Origin: a virus | Taxonomy: Duplodnaviria; Caudoviricetes | Strand: one strand, 5' to 3' | IMG/VR virus record: IMGVR_UViG_3300033475_001784 | Span: 1-38,410 of that record | DNA length: 38,410 nt | Shown here: piece by piece, positions 6,966 through 16,644 of the stretch | How positions within the stretch are numbered: position 1 is the stretch's first letter | Layout: each line of letters begins with the position of its first letter | Notes under the pieces: model-generated | Told to the model about the DNA's origin: nothing | Database searches by the model: none | The model's input: the letters and a program-made list of their open reading frames with translations, nothing else | Position numbers and translations under genes: made by a program

Positions 6966-9026
6966 TCCCTGCCGCTTGTCCTCATTGGGTTGCATGAGAA
7001 CCGCAGGAGACAGCAACAGCGTTCTTTGTGGTGCTGGCGACAAATAAGACGGAATAGCAAGCGCGCCGGGAATATCTAGCGCGTGCTGTGCGCCTCGTGC
7101 TGTGGAAATGCTTCTGGCGGCATCCGATACCGAATTCGCGATAGGAATTTTGCTCAATAAGGAGCTACCACCGATCCGATCCAGAATTCCCGAAATCATT
7201 GCTCCGGCGGTGTTCGAATTGTTAACCGCTGAACCCCTCGGCTGTACCTGCTCGTAGCTCGCAACACGACCAATAGCTTTGAGTTGCGCCACTTCATCGG
7301 GCGTGAAGAACATCGATAACTTGCGGTCTCCGATATTGGCGAGTGCCTTGTTATAGGCAGACTGGCTGATATTTCCCACTTCGTCTGCTGCGCCATTGAG
7401 CGCCTGCTTCTTGAGGTGCGCTGTGATCTGTCCTTTGACGGCATCCAAAGCTTGCGGATCATTCCGAACAACACTCTTCAATGCTGACAGATCCGATACG
7501 TTAGTTTTGGAACCGTTGCCTACGATGTAGTTTTGAACGAACTTATCCGGCTCGATACCATCTCGCACCGCCTGAAGTGCGGGCGTCCTCTCTACGATGC
7601 CCATGTAAGCCCGATTCAACCGACGCGCCTTATTAAAGGCAGTAATGGCCTCTGCACCTTGTCCGTCTAGCAATGGGGTATCGTCCAATGCTTGGCGCAC
7701 AAGACCAAGTGCTTTGCGCTCTGCCGCATCGTTTGATGCACGCTGCAAGCCACCGATGCGCGTTTTAAGCTGTTCAGCAACATCCACCGTCAATGGCATT
7801 TCGCCCTGGGCCGTCTTGTTCAACAGGCCGCGTACGTCCCCAGGTAGTTTGCCGCCTAACAGTGCATCGTCTAGCAAGTCGTTGGCCTTATTCGTAAAGG
7901 CTGCCGGGTCGAGAGCCGCTGCACGGCCGCTCGATGCTCTCGCTGCGTCATATCGCGCACCAATAGCGGCTTTCGCGGCCTCATCGCGCTTTGCCAGCGA
8001 TTGCATGATCTTCTGGCCCCCGGCGTAGGCGTCATCCGCCGTTGCTGCGCCGAGATCATTCAGGTTCGCGATCAGACGCTGATTATTCGCGTTCTCCACC
8101 TGTCCAAGCTGCTGCGCCGTTTTGTCCGTGCTATTGATGCCCTGTTTAGCAAGGTTCCGCTCACGGGTAACAGTGGCAGGGTCGAGCGTCAATCGCGCAG
8201 CCGTCGGCGTTGCTCCGGTGGTTCGGTAGTCAGCTAGTCGGCGGATCGCATCTGGCGCGAGCAGCCCATCCGTACGCAATGCGGCTTGGACATCGTTGCG
8301 TAGGCTGTTGCGGACGTTCGGAGCAAGGTCATCCAGCCTGATGCCGCTGTTTTCAATGGCACGATCTACCGCCTCGATCGACCTTTGGGGGGCCACGTTG
8401 CGCGAAATAGCGTTTTGCGCTGCCCTTCCCGCCTGGGCTGCTTTGCTCATGGCATAGGGCGCTGCCACCCCGGCAGCCAGCGCGGCAGCGAACTGCGCAG
8501 CGTCATTCCCGCCCTTTTCGCGGACCGCTCCACCAGCTCCGCCCGAAGCGCCGGCGGAAACGATCTGCTGGGCGGGATTCGCCGCAAGCGCCTGCGCAAC
8601 CGCCTTCGTGCTGCCAGTCGTGACATTGGCCGCTTTGGATGCCAGCCCAAGAGGAACCGCGCTACCAGCCATCAGGCGAGAGATGTCTCCCACCACTCGT
8701 TCGGTCGAGTTCTTCGGCTGCGGAAGGCCTATAGCGTCGGCAATGGTCTTCCCTCCGCCCGGCTGGATGTTTACCCCAGGAATAAGGTTCATTGCCGCAC
8801 GAATTGGCGTGGCGACGGCATCAAGAGTATTGCCTACGCCCTCGATACCATAACGCGCAGTCAAACCGAGCTGGCGAGGAACGTCAGACAATGCGCTTGG
8901 CACTGCTTCTTTCTTGGCGTGGATTTCGGGGAAATTCTTCTGAATGGCGGAGGCAATATCTGCTTGCTGCATGCCATCGGGGAATTCCAGCGTGCCGACG
9001 CCCGGAACTTCAACGCGCTGCGCCAT
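6951..9026 (-). CDS. Large internal virion / DNA ejection protein (P22 gp16-like position)
   Basis: 691 aa, Ala-rich and helical; N-terminal VEVPGVGTLEFPDGM; last gene of the ejection cluster. Confidence 0.72.
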   Translation of the reverse strand: MAQRVEVPGVGTLEFPDGMQQADIASAIQKNFPEIHAKKEAVPSALSDVPRQLGLTARYGIEGVGNTLDAVATPIRAAMNLIPGVNIQPGGGKTIADAIGLPQPKNSTERVVGDISRLMAGSAVPLGLASKAANVTTGSTKAVAQALAANPAQQIVSAGASGGAGGAVREKGGNDAAQFAAALAAGVAAPYAMSKAAQAGRAAQNAISRNVAPQRSIEAVDRAIENSGIRLDDLAPNVRNSLRNDVQAALRTDGLLAPDAIRRLADYRTTGATPTAARLTLDPATVTRERNLAKQGINSTDKTAQQLGQVENANNQRLIANLNDLGAATADDAYAGGQKIMQSLAKRDEAAKAAIGARYDAARASSGRAAALDPAAFTNKANDLLDDALLGGKLPGDVRGLLNKTAQGEMPLTVDVAEQLKTRIGGLQRASNDAAERKALGLVRQALDDTPLLDGQGAEAITAFNKARRLNRAYMGIVERTPALQAVRDGIEPDKFVQNYIVGNGSKTNVSDLSALKSVVRNDPQALDAVKGQITAHLKKQALNGAADEVGNISQSAYNKALANIGDRKLSMFFTPDEVAQLKAIGRVASYEQVQPRGSAVNNSNTAGAMISGILDRIGGSSLLSKIPIANSVSDAARSISTARGAQHALDIPGALAIPSYLSPAPQRTLLLSPAVLMQPNEDKRQGLLAP

Positions 9027-10150
9027 CAGTGAAATGTCCCCGTTGCTGGGTCATACACGAGCGTCTTTCCTGCCGGCGGCGCACTTTCTTGCGCCTTGGG
9101 GAACAACGGATTGGCTTCAGAGAATTTACCCAATTCGTCGTAAAAGCCTTCGTCAATCGTGCCATTCCGTTTGCGATATTCGCGAGCGATGCGGGCAACA
9201 TCCTTATCGCGCTGGGCGAGCTTGCGACTCGTTTGCATAATCATGCGATTGCCCTCCGGCGTTTTCGACATGCCAGGTGTGATGTTCGTCAAGAATTCGC
9301 GGTCTTTATCTGACAGTGCACCCGGCATACCTGCGCCACCAGCAGGATTACGCGCTTGCAGTGCCATTTCGTTTGAGATGGCCTCAATGGCCTGCTTGCT
9401 TCCAAGATTAGGATCAAACTTCATGCCAAGAGACTCTGCTACTGCGGCGAGCTGCATGCGGCTTGGCTCCAACTTGCCGGTTTGAACGCCAGACATCAGA
9501 TTCGACAGTCGATCAAGGCGGGCAATCTTGTTGTTTGCCTCGAAGCCTGCCGATTGCAGGTCAAGATATTGCTTGCCGAAGCCCTTTCCGACTTCTTTAG
9601 ATTCCTCTGTCTCTTGCTTCGTGTTGACGTTTACATTCGACGCACCAGCTTTTGCGATGGCCCGCTTTGCCGCCTGCACACGAGGATCGAGGATCTCTGG
9701 CATTGCGCCATAGCCGGCAATTGTGCCTTGCGACTCACCAGGCTTCATCCACATCTTCTGCGTTCGCAGGGGGTCGGTCGGATCAGCCACCTCCACGAGT
9801 TGTGGCTTCTGGAACTGCGGCAGATTCTCAATCAACTTGTCAGGCGCAACATCGAATAGCTGCTGCTGATCGGCCGGTAAGGTATTGCGATACGCCGCTT
9901 GTGCATCGCGCTTACGCTGCATCTCTGCGGTGTCAGCGGCAGCCTTCTTCATCTGCAAATCACGTAGTTCCTGCACGCCCTGCGTCTGTAGCGCGTTGCC
10001 ATAGCCAGCCACGCCCGCAAGACCAGCACGCCCAAGATTGTTCACCGGAGTACCGCGACGCGCTCCTGCCAAACCTCCAGCTACTGCCGCAAGCAAGCCT
10101 TGGCCCTCCGGCGTCTTGGCGAAATCGAGCAATCCATTCATTCCGTCCAT
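9026..10150 (-). CDS. Internal virion / DNA ejection protein
   Basis: Gly/Ala-rich N-terminus; GALSDKDREFL motif; synteny. Confidence 0.7.
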   Translation of the reverse strand: MDGMNGLLDFAKTPEGQGLLAAVAGGLAGARRGTPVNNLGRAGLAGVAGYGNALQTQGVQELRDLQMKKAAADTAEMQRKRDAQAAYRNTLPADQQQLFDVAPDKLIENLPQFQKPQLVEVADPTDPLRTQKMWMKPGESQGTIAGYGAMPEILDPRVQAAKRAIAKAGASNVNVNTKQETEESKEVGKGFGKQYLDLQSAGFEANNKIARLDRLSNLMSGVQTGKLEPSRMQLAAVAESLGMKFDPNLGSKQAIEAISNEMALQARNPAGGAGMPGALSDKDREFLTNITPGMSKTPEGNRMIMQTSRKLAQRDKDVARIAREYRKRNGTIDEGFYDELGKFSEANPLFPKAQESAPPAGKTLVYDPATGTFH

Positions 10151-10152
10151 TA

Positions 10153-10914
10153 TTAGCCCCCGATCAGATTGCGGCGTTGCTGCCGGCGTAATTGCGAATC
10201 CTGCATGCGTGCTGCGTCCGTCGCCTGCAATTGCGCCAAGATGCCTTGCAAGGATTGATTAGAAGTTGGTGGTGCGATCTGCGGCGGCGGGACGGGTGCT
10301 GTTTGCGGCCCCTGAAGCTGCTGAGAAACTTTCATGCCAGTGCTTGCCGCATCCATGATGGGCTTTACCTTGCCGTAGCCCTCTTTAAACTGCGCTAGTA
10401 CGCCGGGGCTTTGTGAGGCGGTTGAAGTACCACCGGCCAGCAATCCGCTGGAGCCTCCAGCACTTCCCGCACCATACGTCACACCAGTGCCGCCTCCCAT
10501 GCCATAAGCAGAACCAGCCGTGTTGCCGGTCAATCCGATACCGGAGCCGCCCGCAGTTATGCCCGTACCTCCGCCCATGCCCGATGCGCCACTCGCCGCA
10601 CTACCACCACCAGCCGCGTTACCAGCCGCACCGCCCGCGTAGAACGATGCGATCGTTCGCGCAATGCCATGCATTGTCGCGCCTGGGCCTGTGTTAATGC
10701 CCGCGTCTTCTGCTTCCTGATACCGTTGTTTCGCCGCACCGCCGTATTGATCGACCAGCGGTTTATCGTTCGTGCCTAGTACCTTGTTCCACACACCCGT
10801 TGAGAACGGATCCGCAGAGCCATACAAGAGCCGCGCCGGATTGTCGCCAACTTGCTGAGCCATCTTGCCAAGGTTGAAATACTCGAAGTTTCCGACATCA
10901 CCGAGCCAGCTCAT
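10153..10914 (-). CDS. Gly-rich putative ejection protein
   Basis: Long Gly/Ala/Ser tract; overlaps the upstream gene in the ejection cluster. Confidence 0.65.
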   Translation of the reverse strand: MSWLGDVGNFEYFNLGKMAQQVGDNPARLLYGSADPFSTGVWNKVLGTNDKPLVDQYGGAAKQRYQEAEDAGINTGPGATMHGIARTIASFYAGGAAGNAAGGGSAASGASGMGGGTGITAGGSGIGLTGNTAGSAYGMGGGTGVTYGAGSAGGSSGLLAGGTSTASQSPGVLAQFKEGYGKVKPIMDAASTGMKVSQQLQGPQTAPVPPPQIAPPTSNQSLQGILAQLQATDAARMQDSQLRRQQRRNLIGG

Positions 10915-11645
10915 TTGCCACCCCCGCCAGACGTTTTCGTAGATGCGCTATTACCGAGATTCGAGCCGAAGACGCCAGACATCGCAGCCAATTGCTGATA
11001 TGGCAGGTTCTGTTTCTCTTGGTACTGTTGATAGGCAAAGTCCTTGTCTTGCTGCGATTGATCCTGCAGCACTTGGCCGGCTGTCATGAGCTTGTCTGCG
11101 TCTGCGTAGGCTTGATTACCAAAGGTCGGCGCCATGCCAATTGCCTGCATTTGGCGCGCTTGATCGCCGTCGTAGGCTTGGCCGTACATCTGCGAGGCGA
11201 CATCGCCCAATTGCTTGGTGTAGGCTTCCTGCACGCCGGAATTGCCGAAGGAGCCGGAATTGATGGCAGACGTGTTGAAGTTGGACTTCACCGAATCCTG
11301 CGCACGCTGCACCATCGAATCGAGGTACGGATTGCCTTGGCCGCCTTGAATCTGCTGATTTAGCGCTTGCTCGGCGTTGTCCATCGTTCGTGAGCCGTTC
11401 ACCGCACGGTCAATGGTCTGACCTAGCGCCTGGTTCTGAACGTTGTTCAAATCTGCGTAGCGGTCGCCTGTGTAGGGCGTATAACCTTGGTTGCTTAGGT
11501 TGATTGCCTTGTTTGCGTATGCCGTGGCGAGCGGCTTTAGTTCGGCAGGCAACTGCTGCGATGTGGTCGATGTTTCACCGCCGCCACCCTTGTGACAAAG
11601 GCGACGGCCATCGCTGGAATACCCGCTGTATTTGTTGAAAATCAT
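10911..11645 (-). CDS. Putative ejection/pilot protein (P22 gp7-like N-terminus)
   Basis: Short leader followed by HKGGGG; Gln/Ala/Asn-rich; follows a GNAT-like gene. Confidence 0.68.
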   Translation of the reverse strand: MIFNKYSGYSSDGRRLCHKGGGGETSTTSQQLPAELKPLATAYANKAINLSNQGYTPYTGDRYADLNNVQNQALGQTIDRAVNGSRTMDNAEQALNQQIQGGQGNPYLDSMVQRAQDSVKSNFNTSAINSGSFGNSGVQEAYTKQLGDVASQMYGQAYDGDQARQMQAIGMAPTFGNQAYADADKLMTAGQVLQDQSQQDKDFAYQQYQEKQNLPYQQLAAMSGVFGSNLGNSASTKTSGGGGK

Positions 11646-12049
11646 AGAATCACCTCTAGCGTTTCATAGACCGGCGCAAAGCCGCATTTCATTCTGTACA
11701 ACCGAGCCTGCACTGGCTTCGCAGAGCAGCGAACACGCGAGCATCCAAGTCCCGCCGCCATCGCCTTCAATTCTTCAAAGAACCGTTCAAAGTGCGCGCC
11801 ATGAGCAACCATCTCGCAGGCATGCAGGACGCGGAAATTCGGCAATTGGTCGATCCGGATCACTCCCCAGCCGACAATCCCGGTCTCGTCGTCCATGCGC
11901 AGCAAAATTCGCTCACCACGCGCGCAAAGCATCTTCAATTGGTCGCCGGTTATCTCGCCACCTGACTGATCGCACGCTTCGGACAGCGCATGCGCGCCTT
12001 CAGCCCACGCCTTGTCAATGAAGTTGGCAGGAACAGGAATCAGCTTCAT
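11642..12049 (-). CDS. GNAT-fold-like protein (P22 gp14-like position)
   Basis: IVGWGVIRI, AMAAGLGCSRVRC and ARLYRMKCGF pattern; position after tail genes. Confidence 0.6.
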   Translation of the reverse strand: MKLIPVPANFIDKAWAEGAHALSEACDQSGGEITGDQLKMLCARGERILLRMDDETGIVGWGVIRIDQLPNFRVLHACEMVAHGAHFERFFEELKAMAAGLGCSRVRCSAKPVQARLYRMKCGFAPVYETLEVIL

Positions 12050-12342
12050 CAATTCCCCGTCAGATAGCGCATTTCAACCCACGTACCAGGTTCGCCGCCG
12101 ACGACGCATTGCCAGCCGCGAATGACGTACTTGCTTGAGGCCGTACCAAGTTCCGTTGGCTCCAGATTCGGCACAACGTCACCTCTTGCATGTTTTCCTG
12201 TAGTAGGTGCAGCAGTTTGCGCGTTGTAATTGCCTGCAATACGTCCTTCCGCGATCATGTTCACCGTCTGCGCATGCTCTTTCAGCTCGCGTAGTACATC
12301 GCGGTCATTAACCCGTGGCGTCGTATTGAGCTTTACAGTCAT
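12049..12342 (-). CDS. Hypothetical virion/tail protein (97 aa)
   Basis: Overlaps both neighbouring genes in the tail module. Confidence 0.6.
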   Translation of the reverse strand: MTVKLNTTPRVNDRDVLRELKEHAQTVNMIAEGRIAGNYNAQTAAPTTGKHARGDVVPNLEPTELGTASSKYVIRGWQCVVGGEPGTWVEMRYLTGN

Positions 12343-13784
12343 CGCATGCCTGCCGGTTTAAACTTGGCGTTCATGTGTGTTACACGGACTGCGCCAGTAA
12401 AACTAAAGGTCGCCTTGTGCCACCGTGACGACCGGAGACAGTCGAATTTCCCGTCGTTCATCGTGCCGGAAACACCTGCGGTGTACGTTTCGCCGCTGTT
12501 CATCGCGTGCATCGTTTGGGCGGAGGCAGTCGTTGGCTTTACTGCGTATCGGAGACGTAGTTGCTGCAAGAGCGACAGCGCATCGTCATCGCCCACCTCG
12601 CCTGTCGTGAAATCACTAGAATCTGATACGCCGACGAGTTTTTGCAGGCGGTTAGATGTATTAAAGACAGACAGAGACCGGCTCGCAGACGACCAGTACG
12701 GCGAGTCGAACGAGATGTCTGGAAGCGAGTCGTAAGTCGGCGCGACGGTATCCCACGTATCCATCGTCAGACCCTGCTCTACAAACGTCATAACCGCCTG
12801 AATCTCGCGATCTGCCCTGCCCCATTGCTTTGATTGGACGTGATAAACCAATGCGCTATCGCATTCGCTCGCAGAGGTGGATGGGTAGAAGATCCAGACT
12901 AGATTGCGGTCGCGGTCGAAGGTGCAGATCGTCTTGTAGAGAAATTGTGGATTGCTGTTATCAATGAACCACTTGCGAATAGTGCCATCGCCAAGTGGAG
13001 CCGGACGAACACCGTCAAATATCCAGAAGTTATCTTCGCCTACAAAGAAATGCGCTCCGCCTATGTCGCAAATGGCGTTCTTGCCAACGCATCCGGCATC
13101 GCCTCCTGAAATATGCTGCCAGTCCCAAATGACCGGTGCGCCAACGTATTGCCCTATGTAGATCGACTTATCCTTATAAGCCACGGCGTAATCGCCCAAG
13201 CGTGCGCCGGCAGTCAAGCGCCCCGGCGTTGCCACTAGGCGACCGGATGCGGCCTGCGTTGTGATTGATTCTGTCCAGTCCGTATCGTCATAAGCGGCGC
13301 AGCAGTGCCAGCCGTCAGGCTTGTCGGTTCCGTCCGACACATTCAAGGCCATGACGAATGCCCCTACTGAAAACACGACTTCAGCCTTCGGCGCGCCCGC
13401 AATGGCAGCGAATGCCCCGGTCAGCGACCGTTGAATCGTATCGGCGCGGTTTGCCATCAACGTGGCGTCACCAAACTGCGTGATCGACCAACGGGTATCC
13501 GCGCCCCCGACGTACCCGCCGGTATCGCTGCGATCTACCCATGCGCCAGAATCAAGTTCGTAGATCGCATCCACCGTCGCGGCAAACGTGCGCCTGGTGT
13601 AATCCAGCTTGTAGATCACGCCAGCACCCTTGCACACATCAGCCAGTGCAGGGACATCCATTGCCGTGATCGCAGATGGCCCACCTTCCATACCAATCAA
13701 GGCGGGAATCATGTTTGTGCAGTCCGAGAACAGGCCGGGCGTCGTTTGGTCTGCGTCCGGAGCGAATCCAATCACCGGAGTCAT
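12339..13784 (-). CDS. Tail hub/nozzle protein (P22 gp10-like)
   Basis: 481 aa, beta-rich; follows the adaptor gene. Confidence 0.72.
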   Translation of the reverse strand: MTPVIGFAPDADQTTPGLFSDCTNMIPALIGMEGGPSAITAMDVPALADVCKGAGVIYKLDYTRRTFAATVDAIYELDSGAWVDRSDTGGYVGGADTRWSITQFGDATLMANRADTIQRSLTGAFAAIAGAPKAEVVFSVGAFVMALNVSDGTDKPDGWHCCAAYDDTDWTESITTQAASGRLVATPGRLTAGARLGDYAVAYKDKSIYIGQYVGAPVIWDWQHISGGDAGCVGKNAICDIGGAHFFVGEDNFWIFDGVRPAPLGDGTIRKWFIDNSNPQFLYKTICTFDRDRNLVWIFYPSTSASECDSALVYHVQSKQWGRADREIQAVMTFVEQGLTMDTWDTVAPTYDSLPDISFDSPYWSSASRSLSVFNTSNRLQKLVGVSDSSDFTTGEVGDDDALSLLQQLRLRYAVKPTTASAQTMHAMNSGETYTAGVSGTMNDGKFDCLRSSRWHKATFSFTGAVRVTHMNAKFKPAGMR

Positions 13785-14344
13785 CGTGCGCGTGCCACCA
13801 ATGAGCCAAACCGGCGTTGGTCGTTGCCGTTAATGTCTGCTACGGTTTGGTCGAACAGGGCTTGCCATGTCGCAGGGTCGTCTCGGGTGAATATCGCTGC
13901 CTGCATCAATGCGCCGTACAGGTACAGGCTAGGATAGCTGTCGCCGAGCCACGTAGTGTCGTTGTCCGCGATAGACGGCACACGGGCATACAGCACGCCC
14001 TCCACATCGCCGGAGCCGTTGAATCGTAGATCCTGCCCTTGCCAGGCGTACAGCGTGGCAGTAGCGAGCGTGTCGCTTGCCAACACAGTGGAAAGTGATT
14101 GCGGCTTGATTTCGCTATTCGGGAAGCCGGACGGCCAGAGCAGTTTGACATCCACAATGTCATCAGCCGGCGTAATCAGGTTGTCCACGATCGTCGTTGC
14201 CGCCAGCACTGTCTCCATCTGACGCACCCGCAGATTGCGGTTGATTCGTTCCTCTGCCAGCTCGATAAACAGCGGAATTTGGGTCGTCAGGTCTGTCCTG
14301 TGCAGCCAGTCCGCAATCGTGCTTTGCAGGGTCGTATAGTTCAT
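13781..14344 (-). CDS. Head-tail adaptor protein
   Basis: MNYTTLQSTIADWLHRTDLT...FIELAEERINRNLR...YPSLYLYGAL pattern. Confidence 0.78.
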   Translation of the reverse strand: MNYTTLQSTIADWLHRTDLTTQIPLFIELAEERINRNLRVRQMETVLAATTIVDNLITPADDIVDVKLLWPSGFPNSEIKPQSLSTVLASDTLATATLYAWQGQDLRFNGSGDVEGVLYARVPSIADNDTTWLGDSYPSLYLYGALMQAAIFTRDDPATWQALFDQTVADINGNDQRRFGSLVARAR

Positions 14345-14643
14345 TTCAGCGCCTTGCTAAACGTGGCCATCGCTGGGTTAGCCCTGAGCCAAGCCATCGC
14401 ACGCTTGTTATCGATCGTTCCGTCTTGCCGCATCATCGTCGCTAGTTCCGCCATTGGAATGAATCCAACATGACGCATCTCACCCCAACGCTGGCCCTCT
14501 GTCTGCGCGCGCATCTCGGCTGCAACGTCGAGGAATGGCTTGCTGTCGTAGGTCTTCTGGATCACCATCCGGTCAGCGTCATCGATGTGATGAACCGTGG
14601 TCGTGATGCCAGTTTGTGCGTCAAAGTCTTGGAATTTGCCCAT
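14341..14643 (-). CDS. Hypothetical protein following the capsid gene (100 aa)
   Basis: ATGA overlap with the adaptor gene; synteny. Confidence 0.72.
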   Translation of the reverse strand: MGKFQDFDAQTGITTTVHHIDDADRMVIQKTYDSKPFLDVAAEMRAQTEGQRWGEMRHVGFIPMAELATMMRQDGTIDNKRAMAWLRANPAMATFSKALK

Positions 14644-14672
14644 AAAAAAACCGCCGAGTTTCCCCGGCGGTT
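14644..14672 (-). terminator. Intrinsic terminator after the major capsid gene
   Basis: AACCGCCG-GGGAAACT-CGGCGGTT followed by a T run. Confidence 0.8.
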
Positions 14673-14692
14673 CCTAGTGGTTGCTACTGCGA

Positions 14693-15664
14693 TTAAGCGG
14701 TCAGATCGGCGATCTTGCCGTGCGCAGCTTCTGCCGTGACGACCAGGCATGCCTCGACCGACACCAGCTCTTTCTCGGTGTGACCGGTTTTTGCCAGTTC
14801 GTCCGATTTGAAACCGCCCAGGTATGCGATACCTGCATGCTCCGGATTCAGAATGAACGCGGTGTTTGCATTGGCGGTTGCCTGCACGTAGTTCGGCACC
14901 ACGGCCAATTCGCCAAAGTCAGACATGTACACGTCAGCACCCCCGACGATGACTGCCTGTTTACCTTTCGCTACTTCCTTACGGTTGGTAGCAATACCGG
15001 TAAAGGCGCTAAAGCCTGCCTTGTGCGAAGGCGTCAAGCTGATGATGGTTGGCATCTCACCGGAGTTGGTGTAGATGCTCTGCATGACAGTCTTCAACTG
15101 CGATTCAGCGAATGCGCGGTTCGTGCCTGCCGTTGGCGCAGTCGAAGCCAGGCCGGAAGTATGCGAAGGAGTCGAGCCGCCAGTGCCAGAGCTGATGTTG
15201 GTGTAAAGCATCGCGCCGAGGCCAGACGATTTGCGCGCCGTGGTCGAGTCACCCGCGACTGCTGCATTGTTCGACAGAATCGACGCCTCCAGATCGCGTT
15301 TCAGCTCGACCATCTTCTTCGAGATTTGGTATTTCATCTCGTTGGATCGGCCTGCCGATTTGGTCTTTTGCTGCGTGCTGGATACCACGGCAACCTTGTC
15401 GAACAATTGAACGGTGTTTGCGACACGACCCGTTGCGGTCAGTGCCGTACCGGTGCGATCATCGCCTTCGATTTGGGCGTTGTCCTTGTTCGGCGCTGCC
15501 AGGGTATCGCGTTGCCATTCGTGCAGACGCTGGGTAGCGGTGAAACGACGGATGGCCGAGACGATTGGTGTTTTTTCTGGCGAAACCATATAGATCTTGT
15601 CTTGCAGGTCTTCGCGATTGCCGACAGCATCGTAGCTGTCAAAGGTATTGCTTGGCTGTGCCAT
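14693..15664 (-). CDS. Major capsid protein (DUF5309/SU10-like)
   Basis: GNREDLQDKIYMVSPEKTP, HEWQRDTL, ELKRDLE and YMSDFG motifs; strong AAGGAG RBS; follows the scaffold gene. Confidence 0.9.
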   Translation of the reverse strand: MAQPSNTFDSYDAVGNREDLQDKIYMVSPEKTPIVSAIRRFTATQRLHEWQRDTLAAPNKDNAQIEGDDRTGTALTATGRVANTVQLFDKVAVVSSTQQKTKSAGRSNEMKYQISKKMVELKRDLEASILSNNAAVAGDSTTARKSSGLGAMLYTNISSGTGGSTPSHTSGLASTAPTAGTNRAFAESQLKTVMQSIYTNSGEMPTIISLTPSHKAGFSAFTGIATNRKEVAKGKQAVIVGGADVYMSDFGELAVVPNYVQATANANTAFILNPEHAGIAYLGGFKSDELAKTGHTEKELVSVEACLVVTAEAAHGKIADLTA

Positions 15665-15676
15665 GTTTGATACTCC

Positions 15677-16558
15677 TTAAAGGAATTTCGCCAAATCCTC
15701 GACGCGCCCGTTCTGTTTCAGGCGATCCAAGGCGGCTTGGTTTTGTCTTGGCTTCGGTTGTGCGGCCTGAGGCTTGATGACCTTTGGCGCTTCCACAACC
15801 TTCTGAAGTGTTTTAGTCTTGCCGGATGACTGGTATTCACGGCCAATTGCTGCGTCGTGAAGGATGTGCACGAACTTCGCGCTGTGCATTGCCATCCGCT
15901 TTTCTTGCTCTGTCAGTCCGTACGCATCGAGGTTTTTCATGATGCGGTCAGAGTCGGCCTTGCCAAAATTCGGGAGTCGTGCCTTAAGCTCCTTTTCTTC
16001 ATGCGCCAACGTTTGCTGATCCATTTGTTGGGTCAGTTGTTGCGCCTGAAGCTGGGCTTGGTGCAATTCCGCGCCTTTTGACTGCGCTTCTCTCTGTAGT
16101 TGCTGATAGGCGATATTGAGTCGCGTTGCTTCTACCGGGTCGGTGTCCACCAGTGCCTGCCAGTCGATGTTCTCGAACTGCTTCAGGCGCGATTGCACTT
16201 CCCGGACCGCAACGGCTTTATCAAACGTTTCGTTGAGTACGCGTTCACGCGTTTCGAGCATCTGTGCACGCTCTTCAAACGCCTTGCGTTGCTCCGCGAC
16301 CGCTTGTGTTTTCTGCGTGTAATCCGATTGGCGCAGCAATGCTTCTTTCAGCTCTTTAGGAACTTTGTAAGCCTTGCCCTCATATTCGACCTCTTCGCCG
16401 TCGTCTTCGCCTTCAGGGTCGGTTTGCTGGTCATCGTCGGATGACAGTTCCGGCTCGTCGGGTTGATCTACAACGTCTTCCTGGTCTTCAATGGGTTCAT
16501 CAATCAAATCGGCAATCTCTGCCAATGACGACACTCCGCTATCTTGGTTGGTGTCCAT
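15677..16558 (-). CDS. Capsid scaffolding protein
   Basis: Acidic N-terminus, LRQSDYTQKTQ, coiled coil; directly upstream of the capsid gene. Confidence 0.85.
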   Translation of the reverse strand: MDTNQDSGVSSLAEIADLIDEPIEDQEDVVDQPDEPELSSDDDQQTDPEGEDDGEEVEYEGKAYKVPKELKEALLRQSDYTQKTQAVAEQRKAFEERAQMLETRERVLNETFDKAVAVREVQSRLKQFENIDWQALVDTDPVEATRLNIAYQQLQREAQSKGAELHQAQLQAQQLTQQMDQQTLAHEEKELKARLPNFGKADSDRIMKNLDAYGLTEQEKRMAMHSAKFVHILHDAAIGREYQSSGKTKTLQKVVEAPKVIKPQAAQPKPRQNQAALDRLKQNGRVEDLAKFL

Positions 16559-16573
16559 TCACGCTCCAAAAAC

Positions 16574-16621
16574 AAAAAAGCCCTCGAAAATGAGGGCGTA
16601 AAAAAAGCCGCTCTAGGCGGC
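16574..16621 (-). terminator. Two tandem intrinsic terminators
   Basis: GCCGC/GCGGC and GCCCTC/GAGGGC hairpins, each followed by a T run on the minus strand. Confidence 0.65.
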
Positions 16622-16644
16622 GTGTATCGCTTTCGCGAATATGG

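Noticed and set aside
10400-10640. Repetitive GC-rich tract as a CRISPR array or tandem repeat
   Set aside because: It encodes the Gly/Ala-rich protein segment and has no repeat-spacer structure.
14681-15670. 329-aa plus-strand ORF
   Set aside because: Antisense shadow of the major capsid gene.
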